Positions 36,955-48,980 are shown, counted from the first letter of the stretch. The stretch: DNA of 64,000 bases from Eledone cirrhosa (GCA_964016885.1 OZ024741.1:275590001-275654000), one strand, 5' to 3'. Numbers and translations are program-made. The notes: generated by a model not told the origin, from the letters alone.

Positions 36955-38278
36955 GATATATGGTGGCTGCCAACTCGTTTTCGAGTACGGCCACTACTTT
37001 ATATCCATGTAGGAGAACCCCTACCGATGCGCTGAACGAGTGTCGCTTTTTAGTCCAGCCAGCGACTTGAAAACTCTGGTACAAACACTACACTTGTGAC
37101 AATTATTGACACCTAGTGCTGGGCCCATGGCACCATGTGACCCAAGGTGTCATGTGAGATCACTAGTCGACCTGCATACCCTTCCACAAACATTACATGT
37201 CGTCGTCTGATGAACACTTATAGCTCCACAGGTGCCTGCTTCCCTGTTCTTGTGCACTCTCAGGTGTCTCTTTAGACCTGCTATGCTCAGACAAACCCTA
37301 TTACAGGTCTCACATGTCAGGTCGTCTGTCAGTGCCTTCGGGAAGGCCAACACGGATTCCTTTCCGGACATCTCTTTTTAGTGTCGCGTGCCTTCTTCTT
37401 GTTTCCTCAAATAGACTCTTGCCACTAGCCATTGCTTTCCTCCAATGCGATGAGTCGCTAACGCATGCTTCCCAGTACTCACAAGGGATGTTACTTTTCT
37501 TGAGCGCCCCCTTGATGCAGTCCTTAAAACGCATCTTAGGTTTGCTCGCGTTCCTTTTTCCCATTTGGAGCTTGCCATAAAACAGCTGCTTCGGCATTCG
37601 CTTGTCATTCATCCTTACAAGATGGCCTGTCCAGCGTAGCTGATGTTTCAAAATCAAGGACTCGACACTATCACAGCCACTTCTGTCCAGAACCTCGACG
37701 TCACTGACAAACATTTGCCAAGTTATGCCAAGGATCTGATGTAAGCAGTACTGGTGGAACCTCTCAAGTCACTTCATCTGTCTACGGTAGACCACCCACG
37801 TCTCACAAGCATAAAGAAGTGCTGCGAGCACACCCGCATGATACACTTTGAGCTTTGTCTTTACCGAAATTCCGTGTTGAGACCAGAGACGCTTGTTCAG
37901 TTTTCCAAAAGCATCACTGGCTTTCTGTATCCTGTTTGATATTTCTCCATCAAGTGTTTGACCGACCATCGTCTGGTGAGAGCAAGAGCAAGATGTGTAG
38001 TTCGTAAAAGAGAGAAACGGCGAGGGGTATCACTTCCGAAACGGCTGAACGTTGCCCGTCTGAAGGATCCTGAAGTCAGAGAAAATCTGGTTAAAAAGAT
38101 GGATGCGTTAGAGTGCGGAAATGACTGGACTTCCTTTCAGGAGGCAGTTTATGGGGCATGTGCTGATGTTGTTGGATTCACAGATAAGAAGCATCAGGAT
38201 TGGTTTGACCAAAATGACAAGCTTATAGACAAGCTTTTGGAGGAGAAACATATGCTCCACTCCGCATTGCTTTTCTTT
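36955..38278 (-). mobile_element. RTE LINE with three C-terminal C2H2 fingers and 5' inversion
   Basis: 36955-37957(-): EISNRIQKAS..LLYACETW..QLRWTGH..ZnFs; 37958-38278(+): TDHRLV..KHQDWFD (endonuclease end/linker). Confidence 0.88.
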
Positions 38279-38280
38279 TC

Positions 38281-38335
38281 ATACATACATACATGATGGC
38301 TGCCTCCTCGTTATTGAGTATGGCCATTGCACGAG

Positions 38336-38389
<54 letters not shown>

Positions 38390-38530
38390 GCACACACATA
38401 CACATATCTATACACACACACGATAGCAACTAACAGCGCTGCGATCGAATGTGGCTTTTTAGCCCAGCCAATGATCTAAAATGTCTTGCACAGAGTTGGC
38501 AACCAAAACATTCACTGGGAATAGCCGGCT
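38281..38530 (-). mobile_element. RTE 3' end (family of 56281-57037)
   Basis: gatggctgcc..tatggccattgcac and HFRSLAGLKSHI finger; (TATG)n tail. Confidence 0.75.
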
Positions 38531-38714
38531 GTGGTTGGACTGACAGCTAGCGCCATCCCACTCCCTCATTCGGCCGCTGACCTCTGTACGACCGACCCCA
38601 TTTCACACGCACGCGCGCTCGGCCGTATACCTCAGATATTCAAATCAACAAACAGTGAAAGACGCGTTCCGAGTTGTCCGACAGACAACCTTTTCCCCCA
38701 CCCCGGGAAAAAAA

Positions 38715-38750
38715 CCCCAGTTGATGGATGTGAATCCGAAATATATAGGG
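38715..38750 (+). ncRNA. Decayed minimal hammerhead-like motif
   Basis: ccc-CaGtTGA-tgga-tgtgaa-tcc-GAAA-tata-TA-ggg followed by ATTAAA. Confidence 0.45.
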
Positions 38751-39037
38751 ACTATTAAATCTCTCCCAAGGTAACTCTCTCTCTTGTGTTGTTATTATTA
38801 TTTTTACCCTTTTACTCTTCCCTTCATTCTACACATCTCACACATCTTATACACACCACGCATCTCAACGTACACCCACTTACATATCTCTCTCTCCACC
38901 ACCGGACCTTGTTACCCGGAGATTTACCCATTTACATTGTCGAGGCTTCCAAACGACTTATAAATATTTACATATATATGGATATATATATATTGTATAT
39001 ATATATATATATTGTATATATATATTGTATATATATA

Positions 39038-39570
39038 TCATCATCATCATCATCACCGTTTTACGTCCGTTCTTCCACGCTAGCATGGGTTAGACGGGTT
39101 GTCCTGTTGTGTGCAGTGTCTGGTCGGCTGACCATGCCTTGCTCATACAGGAACTGATCTGGCTTGATTTCTACAGCTGGATGCCCTTCCTAACACCAAC
39201 CTCATTTACAGTGAGTGCTGGGTGCTTTTTCGTGGCGCCTACACGTCCACTTTACAGTGTGGGCTGGGTGCTTTTTTGCCGTGGCACCTCCACGACCACC
39301 TTGCGGTGGGGGGTGTGGGGGCATATTGTTTATATGTTTCAGCATGTACCCATGGGAGGTCGGGTACTCTGTATTACTGCGATATATATATATCCACACT
39401 GTAAATGTGGTTGGTGTTAGGAAGGGCATCCAGCCGTAGAAAACCTGCCAGATAGTCCTATATGAGTGAGATACGGTCACCCGACCAATCTTGCCTCAAG
39501 TGGGACAATTCCCGTCTAACCCATGCTAGCGTGGAAGATAGAAGTTAAGCGATGATGATGATGATGATAT
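39038..39570. mobile_element. Two RTE 3'-UTR copies head-to-head (39038-39380 -, 39395-39570 +)
   Basis: First is near-identical to 63225-63570; both have (GAT)n tails pointing outwards. Confidence 0.8.
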
Positions 39571-39618
39571 ATATATATATATGTATATATATATTTTATA
39601 TGAACAAATGGTACTTAC

Positions 39619-39734
39619 TTGATTGTAGCATCAGCTGGATTATAACCATCATAGGAAGCAATTTGCCTCAGCTCTCTCATATTTAAAGTAGGGGAACCAC
39701 AGACCAACATTTCAACCTCTTCAGGCCTCAACAT
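39619..39734 (-). CDS. HECTD2: HECTD2-like exon
   Basis: ctacag|MLRPEEVEMLVCGSPTLNMRELRQIASYDGYNPADATI-AA|gtaagt. Confidence 0.95.
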
Positions 39735-40493
39735 CTGTAGGGAGAGTAGTCAGCTTCACAAAAATGTATGTATGTAGCGGAGAGTGGAGGGTAGTATGAA
39801 GGGTGGGAAGTGAGGAATTAAGTGACACTTCAATCATCTACCAATAGATTTCTTGTGTGGTGGAATAATTATCATCATCATCATCATAAACAACAACATC
39901 TTACAGAGTGCACAGGGTGCATTTGAATAAAAAGATAAATATCCTTAACTTTAATAAATACTTTTCAAGGAATGTAAAGGGAGACAACTCCTAAATCCAA
40001 ATTGATTAAAAATTAAATGTGGGCATACAGTGGGGATTGAGTTTGATCTTTGATAGGTTCCGTGACAACTCCAGACATGTTTCAGCCCTATTAAAACCCC
40101 TCAACAAATCATATCCTTAAATATGCTTCCCAGATTTTAATGTGATAATATGTATGATTTTGAATGAACAAAAAATTATTCATTGATTAAGTAATTTAAT
40201 ATAAAAATATAGGAAAACTCCGCAGGCATGCCTTCTGCTTGAAAAACATATAGTTAAGTGGAAGCTAACATAATTAATGTAGTGAACAAAAAATGTTTAA
40301 CCAATTAAAATTACATCTATAATGAAAAGAAAAATTAATAATCAATCAACCAGCTGATTAATCAATAAAGAAGCAAATTGATTCCCTGTCAAATTTTAGA
40401 GGTTAATAACCTCAAGATGAAACCCTTTATTTGTGGCTATTGACTCCCAACTAATCAAGTTTGCCAAATATAGATGGGGAAGCTGATACTTAC

Positions 40494-40600
40494 AATGAGG
40501 GCGTTGGATGCGCAGACACTGTGAAAGCCAAAGTAGAACTCTTTAAACATCTTATAAACTGACTTGTTTAGTATCCAGTCTACATAGAGTTGGACATAAC
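40494..40600 (-). CDS. HECTD2: HECTD2-like exon
   Basis: ctacag|GT-YVQLYVDWILNKSVYKMFKEFYFGFHSVCASNALI|gtaagt. Confidence 0.95.
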
Positions 40601-40714
40601 CTGTAGAGTAGAGAAGTATAGAGAGGGTGAACTGTTGTGGGGGGAGGTGGACTGTTGTCTGTGTGGAATTTTGAGGGATTTACCAAAATTATTAATTATT
40701 TCATTACTAAGATA

Positions 40715-40896
40715 ATTGTTTCTACTTTTGGCACAAGGTCAGCAATTACCCCAGTGCATTACTGGTACTTTATTTTATCGACCCCGTAAGGATGAAAAGC
40801 AAAGTTAACTTCGACAGGATTTGAACTCAGACCGTAAAGGGACGTAACTCTATGCTGCAAAGCATGGCGTCCGGCCCTCTACCAATACTGCCAATT
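40715..40896 (-). mobile_element. tRNA-derived SINE (Meta-domain-like); further copies 44260-44440(+), 45340-45515(+), 48168-48345(-), 54935-55100(+), 56380-56532(-)
   Basis: A/B boxes (tggcagtatcggtag; gagttcaaatcc) and core gcctttcatccttacggggtcgataaaataaagtaccag. Confidence 0.8.
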
Positions 40897-41150
40897 CACC
40901 GTCCTTTCATTACTAAGATAATAACTTAATGTAAGGTTCTTATATGAAATTATGTTGGAAGATTTAAATTGGACCCCTTTCAAATGGGTGGTTTTATTAC
41001 ATAGAACCAGAGCTGGTTTAGGCTGGTTTGGTAACTAAAGGGTCAAACGTGTTTATATATGAAAGGAACAAAGGTGGGTCTAAGAGAAGAGTTTTCAAGA
41101 TGAAAACTATCAAAAGTATTCTAAAACAACATATGTTTATAAGCATTTAA

Positions 41151-41766
41151 CCCTTTAGCATTTAAACCGGCCATATCTGGCCAGAATTCTTACACCTATT
41201 TCTGTTTAAACCAGCCGTAACTGGCTGCTCATACCAACTTTATGGTATTGTTTTCAAAATAAATAATATCAAAATCTCATAGATTCAATATCATGTGAAA
41301 TAATTATGTGAGGTAAAGCCTTTACCGTGAAAATATAATAGTATATATAGAGTAATGTAAATGCTAAAGGGTAAAATCAGCTATATCTGGCCAGAATTCT
41401 CTCACCTCTTTCTGTTCAAACTGACTGTAACTGGTCACTCATACTTATGTTAAGATATTGTTCCCAGAATAAATAATATCAAAATCTCATAGATTCGATA
41501 CAATAGTAAATATAGAGTAATGTAAATGCTATGTGAGATAATTATGTGAGGTAAAGTGTTTACCACAAAGATACAATAGTAAATATAGAGTAATGTAAAT
41601 GTTATGTGAGATATTATGTGAGATAATTATGTGAGGTAAAGTATTTACCACAAAGATACAATAGTAAATATAGAGTAATGTAAATGTTATGTGAGATATT
41701 ATGTGAGATAAAGTATTTACCACAAAGATCCAATAGTAAATATAGAGTAATGTAAATGTTAAAGGG
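41151..41766. mobile_element. Second piggyBac-type MITE with internal duplications
   Basis: TTAA|CCCTTTAGCATT ... AATGTTAAAGGG|TTAA; repeated caatagtaaatatagagtaatgtaaatg blocks. Confidence 0.75.
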
Positions 41767-41784
41767 TTAAGTATGCTTACTTAC

Positions 41785-41872
41785 TGTGTCGGTTGCTGTT
41801 AGTTACTGGGATATTTTCACCATTGGTCTTCAATGAATGTGTTTTTATACAACCCAGTTCTGTGTGTGAGAT
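41785..41872 (-). CDS. HECTD2: HECTD2-like exon
   Basis: tttcag|ISHTELGCIKTHSLKTNGENIPVTNSNRH-A|gtaagt. Confidence 0.92.
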
Positions 41873-42155
41873 CTGAAACATGGGTTATAGAATGTAGATT
41901 GGAAATGTGAGTGTCCCAAATGGAAAAAATAACTGAAATAACAGTTGATCACTATAAATAATAGTGGTAGTAGTAGTAGTAGCAGTGGTGGTGGTGGTGG
42001 TAGTAGTAATAGTGGCAGTAGTGGTAGTAGTGGTAGTAATAGTGGTAGTAGTAGTAATAGTGGTGGTGGTGGTAGTAGTAGTAATAGTGGTGGTGGTAGT
42101 AGTGGTGGTAGTAGTAGTAGTAATAGTGGTGGTGGTAGTAATATGGAAGACTCAC

Positions 42156-42230
42156 CTGAAATGTTAATCCCAAATCTTCTTCAACATCTCCTTCGTAATC
42201 AAGGAGTTCCTGGAGACCCTTGCATAGATC
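42156..42230 (-). CDS. HECTD2: HECTD2-like exon
   Basis: acaaag|DLCKGLQELLDYEGDVEEDLGLTFQ|gtgagt. Confidence 0.92.
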
Positions 42231-42503
42231 CTTTGTTGTAGGAGGAGGAGGAGGCAGATAAATAGGGGAGAGAGAGAGATTATTACTGACAGTGAGGTAA
42301 CAGAGATAACAGGGGGGAGGTGAGAAGAGAGAAGGGGAGAATGAAAGAGGAGGAAGAGGAGAGAGAGGGGGGAGAAAGAGAGGAGAGAGAGAGAAAGAGG
42401 AGAGAACGAGGGGAGAGTGAGAAAGAAAGAAAGAAAGAAAGAAAGGTGATAGTGATGATGATGATGATGATGATGATGAATAAGGGAATGTGAAGTTACT
42501 TAC

Positions 42504-42665
42504 ATGCTGCACCAACTTGAAATCAGTGAGTGTGAGGTGTGCCAGTCCCACTGTGGCCTTGTCATTCATGAAGGGTACAACAGCGGGACTAAGTAACTTC
42601 TGATAGCAACAGGGTGGGAAACGGATATCTAGCATGATACTATTGTAGACGGCAAGTCCCATTAG
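42504..42665 (-). CDS. HECTD2: HECTD2-like exon
   Basis: gtccag|LMGLAVYNSIMLDIRFPPCCYQKLLSPAVVPFMNDKATVGLAHLTLTDFKLVQH|gtaagt. Confidence 0.95.
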
Positions 42666-42683
42666 CTGGACAGTGGAGCAATG

Positions 42684-43385
42684 AGTGAAGGAGATATGCA
42701 TATACATACAGTGGATCAAGGTGATATATACGTAAACATACAGTGGATCAAGGTGATACATACATATACAGGGTGGATCAAGGAGACACATACATATACA
42801 GGGTGGATCAAGGAGATATACATATACATGGTGGATCAAGGAGATACATACATATACATGGTGGATCAAGGAGATACATACATATACAGGGTGGATCAAG
42901 GAGATGCATACATATACATAGGGGATCAAGGTGATATATACATATACAGGGTGGATCAAGGAGATATGCATATACATGGTGGGTCAAGGAGACATACATA
43001 TACATGGTGGATCAAGGAGATACATATACAGGGTGGATCAAGGAGATACATACATATACATAGGGGATCAAGGTGATATATACATATACAGGGTGAATCA
43101 AGGAGGTAGATCAAGGTGATTCATATATATTCACGGTGGATCAAAGAGGTATATATACACAGTGAATCAAGGAGATACATATACATAGTAGATCAAGCTG
43201 ATATATATATACATCTATATATATATACACATGGTGGATCCAGGAGATATATACATATACACAGTGGATCAGAGTGAGACATACATATACACAGTGGATC
43301 AAAGAGAAACATACATATACTACATATATATACATGGTGGATCAAGGAGATACATACATATATATATATACATGGTGGATCAAAA
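42684..43385. repeat. ~30-bp minisatellite, ~23 units
   Basis: Unit gtggatcaaggagatacatacatatacagg. Confidence 0.92.
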
Positions 43386-43779
43386 AAATCCATGACTTAT
43401 CTGACCCAGGAGAACTGTGTGTGTCTCACCACTACCATGACTACCATCATTATTTTTCCAAACTCAAGAAAGCGTTTAAATATAAGTTTAAAAGCAGAGG
43501 TAATGGTGGGGAGTTCCAGTTAGATCTTGTCAACAACATCTCCATATGGTTAAAATACACAACAAATCTTTGATATCCAAATGGCTACAAAATGTCAGAA
43601 GAAGGGCGCCCAACAGTCATGACCTGAATGTGGCCTAGCTCCCTTAGGGTCTAAGAATTTAATGGTTAAAAGATTTGTTTGAGAAGGGGGTCTTCTCTGA
43701 AGACCTTCTGCTGGCTATCTCTCCTGGGAGTTTCTTACTATTACAAAACAAATTCAAATACCCCAAGGAGAGGAGAACT

Positions 43780-44190
43780 GTGTGGTCTGGTTGAAACACT
43801 GAACAAGTACCTTAAGGAGCCCAACATCTTTTGGTTCTTCTCAGATACGAAGAACTTTGACCAAGATCAAAAGGTAAACAGGAAGAATGACATGTAGCTC
43901 TGCTGCAGTCCTCACTCAAGCCCCCACTGTTATACACAACAAATTCCCATCTGTAATGGTCTTAGGGGAAATTGTTATCAGCGAAGACCATGTCATGACT
44001 TCCTACTTCTTTCTAGGTCTTAGGTCAGTGTCACAATAGACAACAAGACACTGGACATGACAGTAAAGCCATGAAGTGTGCTGAGGGGGTAACTAGGAAG
44101 AGGCCATATGTGTTCCAGCAAGACTCTGTTCCCTTTCATACTGACTGTAAAACCCAGCTATGGTTGGTCAAGCACATTCATGATCATGTC
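43780..44190 (+). mobile_element. Tc1/mariner-superfamily transposase remnant
   Basis: WFFSDTKNFDQDQKVNRKND, KFPSVMVLG, RPYVFQQDSVPFH. Confidence 0.7.
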
Positions 44191-44804
44191 TGTTGCTATT
44201 GCTATATTTACAAACTAAAGTCTATTGATATTGTTCGTTCCTCTCTTCCTCCTCATCATTTGGCAGTATCGGTAGAGGGTCAGACGCCATGCTTTGCAGC
44301 AAAGAGTTATGGCCCTTTATGGTCTGAGTTCAAATCCCGCCGAGGTTAACTTTGCCTTTCCTCCTTATGGGGTCGATGAAATAAAGTACCAGTAATGCAC
44401 TGGAATAATTGCTGGCCTTGTGCCAAAAGTAGAAATAATTATTGAACATCTATTTTCACTGCTATGAAAGGTTGGGTGGGTTGGATGAGTTGTCAAAGAC
44501 CAAGTCAATACTTAGTCAGAGTCACTAATCTCTTAGAATGGCTGCCACTCTAATGAGTGTGTTGGGCACATTTTATCATAGCACCAACACTAGAGATATT
44601 ATCATGTCCTTCATAGAACTGAAGAGACTAGTCAACCCGTTTTAGGCATGTTTTCTACAACTGAATGCCCTTCCTATCACCAACCACTTTATAGTGAGTA
44701 CTGGGTGAATTTTTCATGGCACCAGCACATGTGGGGACATAGCTTGGATCGGTAGCTTTTGCTATATTTATATTAACTATTGTTATATTTACAAACTAAG
44801 GTCT

Positions 44805-45250
44805 ACGTCATCATCGTCATGTTTCTGCCACTTTTCTATGTTTGCATGGGTTGGATGGGTCCTTCTCAGAACAGCATCTCTCCACTTGTCCCGTTCCTTT
44901 GTCATCTCCTTTGCCAATCTTAGCAATTTGAGGTCAGCTCTCACAACCTCTGTCCAGGTCTTTCTTGATCGTCCTCTACTGTGGCTTCCTTCCACTGGGA
45001 TTTCCTGGCATTTCTTCACCCATCGGTCATTGTCCTTGCACATCATTTGTCCATACTCCATACTAATGCAGTCTTCTCTTCTGAACACCATCTCAGATTT
45101 CTTTTAAACTCAGCTTCTCCCTCAGCTAGTCCAAGCTCTGTCTTTCTCTCACATTTACATAGCACATCCAATGTATCCAAAAGTATGGTTGCTTCATTTC
45201 TCTCCAGTCTATGCATGTCCACTGCAGTCACAGTCCATGTTTCACTACCT
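44805..45250 (-). mobile_element. Decayed RTE 3' end (family of 27068-27735)
   Basis: RLERNEA, WVKKCQEIPVEG..GRSRKTW, (GAT) tail. Confidence 0.8.
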
Positions 45251-45627
45251 CAAACCAGAGTCTAGGTATTATTATATTTACAAACCAGAGTCTGTAGCTA
45301 TTGATATATTTACAAACCAGAGCCTGTAGCTATTATTATTGGCAGTATCGGTAGAGAGTCGGAGGACATGCTTTCCAGCATAGTTACGTCCCTTTACAGA
45401 CTGAGTTCAAATCCCGCCGAGGTTAACTTTGCCTTTCATTCTTACGGGGTCGATAAAATAAAGTACCAGTAATGTACTGGGTAATTGCTGGCCTTGTGCC
45501 AGATGTAAAAAACAATTTTACAAAACAGGGTCTGTAGCTGTCGATAACCAGAATCTATAGCTATTGCTATATTTATATACTAGGGCCTGTAAATATAAGA
45601 AGTCAGATAAAAACAGTAAAAGGATAC

Positions 45628-45716
45628 GACCCCAACAAGGTGGAACTCCTGGTAGTTGTTACAAGGGGCACAGCTGAACCAATAAACTCCCGTAACCTTG
45701 TCAAATGTGAACATCC
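45628..45716 (-). CDS. HECTD2: HECTD2-like exon
   Basis: tttcag|GG-MFTFDKVTGVYWFSCAPCNNYQEFHLVGV|gtatcctt. Confidence 0.95.
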
Positions 45717-45804
45717 CTGAAAAATAAGATAATAAAATTAATTTTTTTGAAATATATTTAGCTGACAATTTGATCTTAAATTGGTTGAGTGGCAGGGAAA
45801 TTGA

Positions 45805-46002
45805 ATGAGGGTTGACTGAAAAGTTCATAGGCTGACCAAGATACTCTCATAGAATGACCAAATGAGGTTTATTTTTCAATATAGTCCCTAGAAAGAAACA
45901 ACGCAGTTATTAATAAGTTGATTGAAATTAGTGCATGTAAGATTTCATAGCTTTAGCATCAATCCTTCATATTCATCCTATGAACTCAGCTGACTCTCGT
46001 TA
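45805..46002. mobile_element. mariner-type MITE remnant
   Basis: Imperfect TIRs gagggttgactgaaaagttcatagg / cctatgaactcagctgactctc. Confidence 0.55.
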
Positions 46003-46476
46003 TGTTAGGAAAATTTTTAATACTGTTTTTGATGATTATTTCAACTATTTTAAATAAAACTTGAATGATTTAAAAATACACATACATACACATACATATG
46101 CACACACATATAGAAACACACATACACACATACAGGCTCACACACACATACATATAGAAGTGAAGGATTAAGTCTACTACTATCCAAGAAGACAACAATG
46201 GGATTTGAGCTCAGATCAAGAAAATTCAGAACAAATGTTTCAGAACAATGTTTTGAATATTTAACCAGTCAACAACCTTTGATCAATCCCAGAAGAATGA
46301 AAGGTAAATTTGACCTCAGTGGGATTTGAACTCAGAACACCAACTGTCAGAAGAAATACCAAAATGTATTTAGTCCAATGCTATAAAGATTTTGATAATT
46401 TTTTACATCATGCTGATTGTTTGAATTTTTGAAGCTCATTTTAGTGTTGAACATTATATAGGTTTAATAGACTCAC

Positions 46477-46609
46477 CATAGTCAGGATGAAAGATCCGAC
46501 GTATTAATAAAAGAAACCATTCCTTGGTCAAACCTCCCATGTCCAGTCCTGGTTCACCAGTAAATGTCACCTTTAGCTTCTTCTTTAGGTCTTTCTGTTT
46601 GTTGGCAAT
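46477..46609 (-). CDS. HECTD2: HECTD2-like exon (HECT N-lobe start)
   Basis: ctgtag|IANKQKDLKKKLKVTFTGEPGLDMGGLTKEWFLLLIRRIFHPDY-G|gtgagt. Confidence 0.96.
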
Positions 46610-47106
46610 CTACAGAAAGATGGTAAACATAATAAAAAAGAGAGAAAAAGTGAGAGGTAGAGAGAGAGAGAGAGAGAGAGGTTTTATGAGGGCTAGTTTT
46701 AGTCATGGATCAGTACACTATAGATCAATGTATCCAAGATGCAAATCCAGGCAAAGAGTCTCCATACTATCAATGTTATTCAGGATGAAGGTTAATACAA
46801 ATTGGCACCTATGTTGTCATAACTTAATTTTTTTCAAAATGAGTGGACTGGAGCACCAAGAAATAAATGCCTTGCTCAAACGCCCTGTGTGTCACATGGT
46901 CCAGGAATTGAACTCACAGTCTTACAATCATAAGTCAAACACTCTAACCACTAAGCTATTTAGTATATATTGGTGACACAACAAAAAAGCTCCCATGCCA
47001 TCCTGTTGGTGATTGTGCTTGTGCCATAGTGAAAAATCACCCAGTTCACACTGTAATGCAGTTGGCATTGGGAAGGGCATCCATGCAAAACAAGTATTAA
47101 ATGGGG

Positions 47107-47170
<64 letters not shown>

Positions 47171-47272
47171 GAAATATATATGTATGTAAAAGGTAAACAG
47201 AAATAACAACACAATCGGTACAGTATATAGAAGGGATATATTAGGTTAACGCTTGATATAGCAGGAAGAGGG

Positions 47273-47308
47273 TCTTAACGTTTCAGACGCTAGTCCTTCA
47301 TCAGAAGA
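47273..47308 (-). ncRNA. Minimal hammerhead ribozyme, intact core
   Basis: tctt-CTGATGA-aggac-tagc-gtct-GAAA-cg-TT-aaga; palindromic AACGTT. Confidence 0.75.
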
Positions 47309-47464
47309 AAGAATGAGAAATAAGATAGTTTGAGGGGACGGGCGGGTTGGAATTGGAAAAAATGTCTTTAGATAAAAATAACAGGTCCATTCATGTTGAC
47401 ATCTCATGTGTGTGTGTGTGTGTGTGTGTGTGTCATCCATTTTTACATCACTCAAATAAAAATA

Positions 47465-47725
47465 ACGGGTGATGTGTTGTTTCCTTGAGCAAGAAACTTT
47501 ATTTCCCATTGCTCCAGTTTACTCAGCTGTAGAAATGAGATGATAGAGACTGGGGTCCCTATCATTCCACTGCAAAGTGGTCGTGGAGGTGCCATGGCAA
47601 AAAAGCACCCAGCACTCACTGTTGGTGTTAGGAAGGGCATCCAGCTGTAGAAATCAAGCCAGAATCAGTTCCCGTCCCACCCTTGCAAGCAGGGAAAAAG
47701 TGGACGTAAAATGATGATGATGAAA
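47465..47725 (+). mobile_element. SINE (family of 36145-36545), 5'-truncated
   Basis: Reverse-complement similarity; (GAT)n tail. Confidence 0.75.
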
Positions 47726-48674
47726 AAAATGTATAACATGTAAAAGTTGCTATGAACATTATATTGGACAAACAGGTATGACACTTTGACAAAGGATGAC
47801 AGTACACCATGATAAAATTGGAACTGTGTTTAAGAAAAATTCTCCTGCGTTAATGTATACAAAGTTATGGAGGGTGAATTTTCCCAAATTTTTCCCTTTT
47901 TCTTATTTTATCAGTATAGTGATTCAACAACAGAACAGCAATGAACCAATAAAAAAATATATCTTATAACCAATTATAGACCAAAATTAAACTCACATTT
48001 TAACTAACATATGATATAGAGTATCCTTCCAAAAATTGTAGAATATAATACATACAATCTTGTTCATATTTGAGTGAGAGTTGTGTCCCTTGCCATGGCA
48101 TCACAAATGATAACAACTACATAACCAATTATGTCCCTTGTCATAGAAATAGTGTAAGCAACAATAATTATTTCTAATTTAGGCACAAGGCCAGCAATAA
48201 CCCAGTGCATTACTGGTACTTTATTTTATCGACCCCGTAAGGATGAAAGGCAAAGTTAACCTCGGCGGGATTTGAACTCAGATCATACAGGGAGGTAACT
48301 CTATGCTTCAAAGCATGGCGTCCGACCCTCTACCGATACTGCCAAAATTTCCCCATTTATCTCTTGAACACAAATATAACCAAGAAATATACTCTTCGAT
48401 AAGCTCAAAAGAGTGTAAACCAGTTAGTAAGTAAAATAGATGAGACTATTAATTCGTCTGCATGACTATGACTTCTTCTGTCAATAAAAGTCAATAAAAT
48501 CAAGTATTTTACCCAAGAGGGTAAAATGCAAAGATAACCTTGGCGGGATTAGAACTAAAACAGTAAAGATCTGCGATTAAATGCTGCCAAACATTTTGTC
48601 CAAAGCCATAATGGTTCTAAATAATAATTCTCAATTAAAATTGAGAAAATGTGGCATCTTAAGGCCAGTGATAA

Positions 48675-48980
48675 CACTGATCAACAGCATTTTTTTTTTC
48701 TTCTGCTGACCAAAGTTTGAGACCTGTTCTTGAGTAATTTGGGATCACTGAGGTTAAAAATGGCAATACCTTTTTTCTATGACATCAAGTTTTCACTTGG
48801 CCAACAGGGACGGTATACAAAACATCCGTTTTTCCTGTGTTTATGGGATAGCCGAGCGAAAGACAAACATGATAACCTGATGTGTTAGGAATAAATGGAT
48901 GCCACATCTGAAATCTGCACTTCAGAATTAGCTACAAACAACAACAAAACCTAAGTCAGCAAAAAGTGTGTTGGAATGAT
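48675..48980 (+). mobile_element. Chapaev3-like DNA transposon remnant
   Basis: CACTG start; LGQQGRYTKHPFFLCLWDSRAKDKH resembles the GYTKYPCFLCLWDSR motif. Confidence 0.5.

Larger units (their letters stand above)
42666..45627 (-). other. U12-type (minor spliceosome) GT-AG intron
   Basis: 5' site |GTATCCTTTT; branch candidate TCCTTCAC (42685-42692) ~20 nt from the AG; no polypyrimidine tract. Confidence 0.88.

Noticed and set aside
40715-40896. tRNA gene
   Set aside because: A/B boxes belong to a multi-copy SINE head; no complete cloverleaf
41952-42977. 341-aa ORF as one coding exon
   Set aside because: Two true exons joined through stop-free repetitive introns
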